A DNA stretch of 64,000 bases, from assembly GCA_965112155.1 (NCBI GenBank), contig OZ218099.1; one strand, 5' to 3'. The first letter of the stretch is position 1. Each line of letters starts with the position of its first letter. The stretch is from Podarcis liolepis. Taxonomy: Eukaryota. Positions 61,851 through 64,000 of this stretch are shown here, in pieces. Under the pieces are notes generated by a model. It had not been told where the DNA came from and searched no databases. It saw only the letters and a program-made list of their open reading frames with translations. The translations under genes and the position numbers were made by a program.

Positions 61851-64000
61851 GAACAATACTATCTGTTGTAGGTCCATGACATGGGGTGTCTTTCAGCACA
61901 GACCCATTGGCTTGGTTAGAATTAGCTCTTGAAAAGCTCAGTAGGGAAGTCAAATACCCATAAATCCTGCAGTCCCTTCCACCCCACCACACATTTTGGT
62001 CCCTCCTAAGCAAATTAAAAGCACACTGCTAGGATAGCATAGACAGAAGGGTATCTTTTCTCATTAAATTTATTCTTTGTGATTAATTTTTATAGTAGGA
62101 ATCAGTTTCTAGATAAGGCCAGGGAATGCTTTGTTAATACTCTTTTCAAAGGAATGGTCAATGTTTGTGAAGTTGCTCAGTGTAACAATTTATGATGACA
62201 GACCTTCATCTACTTTTGTTTTGCCCTACTTTTCCCCTGCTGTGTCTAGTGCAGGCTGTGTTGCCGCATGCAAGACAGTAAAAGGAAATTTATTAGAGTT
62301 CTGCTTTCTGAAGTTCCACGTTGCCAGAACTCTTGGACTCTTGTAAATTTCTCTTTTATTAGCTATGCATACAAAAACAAACAGTGGCGGAACCAACTGT
62401 GATGCTACAGAAAGTAGAGGAGGTGGGGGCAGTAGAGGAGATGGAGTTGGCACTGCATAAACAACTGAGGAGATGGAAGACACAAAACAAATTGCCTAGT
62501 GAACATCTCTTGAGAAAGGAAAACACAGAGAAGCAGAAAGGAAAAGCCAGGAATGGGAAGCAAAGAGGATTTAATAGTGCATGGAAATAAATGTACAAGG
62601 GGTAAGCACTGACAGAGGATATTGCAGGTGTCATCCTTGTGACGGACTGCCCTAGTTGTGCCAGGTTCAGAGGTGAAACTGTGGAGGTTCAAATAAGCCA
62701 TGAAAATATAAGATCCGTCCTGATCAGGGAGGAAGATGAAGAATCAAAGCATTTTGTAAAACACTGTATTCACACTTAATTTTGATTCTTTCGCCTAGGA
62801 TTATATGTGTGCTTATGTTAAAATGTATCGCCTGCCTTTCTACCATAAACAGTACTCAGCAGAAATGCAATTCCTGATCTCTACCATGTGAAGCTGGGGG
62901 ACTTCATGCATTTTGTGTATAAATGCCACTGGGCCTTAGGAAGTGTTCTGTATGTAAGAGATGAAGTGACCCAAAGAAATTGCTCTTCATGAAGGAATTT
63001 AATGCTTCACTTTAAAAAAAGACACCTTTTTACCCCCTCAAAAAAAAAAAAAACCCAGCTAGTGTTAAGTTTCTTCCAACTCATTATTATTTCTGCACCA
63101 GCTGCTGCTACAGTCTTGAAAACAGGTTTGAAACCAGCATCATGCCCCCAAAATGCTATCCAGATCTCTTCTTATGATGAGGATGGGGCACCTGAGGCCA
63201 TCCTGATTTTGTTAGATTCAACCAGTCCAACAACATCTGGAGGACCACAAGCTCCTCATCCCTGTTTTATGATGTAATTCATGGTCAGAAACCTGTTTTC
63301 TCTGCTCTTTTACAAATATTTTAATTGATATTAAAAACTATATAAGAACCCAAATTAACTTTATCCATAAGATACAATTGCATCTAGGACAATATTGTTC
63401 ATAAAAACCACTATTGACACCATTTCAATTCAAAAGAACCAGGAACAAGAACAGGGCCAAGAAGAGGAATATCACAACACTTGAGTTGAGGCTAATAGCT
63501 CAAGTTCTTTAATAAAGTACTAGTTTTTGTGGAGCGGGTAAAGGGGCAGGATCCTGCATTAAACAGGAACAGTAAGTGACAGATCACAGGATGAGGCATG
63601 GATTGAAAAGGGGGGGGGGGGACTCTTGCCAATCTGAAATATCTTTAGAATTGGACTAAAAGATTTTAAAAGTGGAATAGAGATTTCCTGAACCAGATAT
63701 AACCTTTATCCTAGATGACATGATTATGCATTGAGAAACTGTGTTGGACTTACAAGATTGCTCTTCAGCCATGTACATTCCCTTCACCCTTTATTTTCTT
63801 CCTGTAACATAGGAAAATGATTCTCTTGCCTACATTTCTGATCTCTGTAATTTTAGGGTGTAGAAGCTGTGTTTTTAGCAACAAAGACAAACACAGCAAA
63901 ACAATCTTCCACCGAGAGCCACTGTCCTAACTTCCCCCGAGACTCAGTGAATTCAAAACAATGCAGCTGTAAAAATTAATTTATCTTAATCAACTTCAGC

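Noticed and set aside
63284-63300. gtcagaaacctg (VRNL) as the next JADE2 exon
   Set aside because: There is no AG acceptor before it, and it continues FS rather than CYMVTRRE. The same applies to the VRNL at 40935.

Overview
This is vertebrate intronic DNA, most likely from a squamate and probably a lacertid lizard, judging by the Sauria SINEs and the BovB, CR1 and Penelope fragments. It spans the middle of JADE2 (PHF15), the PZP-domain scaffold of the HBO1/KAT7 acetyltransferase complex, on the + strand. Five internal coding exons join in frame through canonical AG/GT sites: 24350-24519, 46610-46821, 51796-51963, 52422-52538 and 60679-61140. I did not find the flanking exons in the window. 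Almost every other ORF in the track is spurious. The introns are a mosaic of mobile elements: TA-flanked Tc1/mariner(pogo)-type MITEs, hAT elements with 8-bp TSDs, Sauria and other tRNA-derived SINEs, a solo LTR nested in a SINE, and L1/L2/CR1/BovB remnants. Four items stand out. (1) A Penelope-like remnant carries a complete minimal type-I hammerhead ribozyme core antisense to JADE2 (36634-36671), while a second, sense-oriented copy has lost the core. (2) A young 966-bp CpG-rich hAT element has a promoter-like interior with paired CArG boxes. (3) Three MITE families share TIR ends, and two of them abut through one TA. (4) A JADE1S-like intron read-through isoform is possible. There is no CRISPR, rRNA or intact tRNA, and nothing here demonstrates a wholly new system. 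Family names come from my recall of consensus features, not from database searches.
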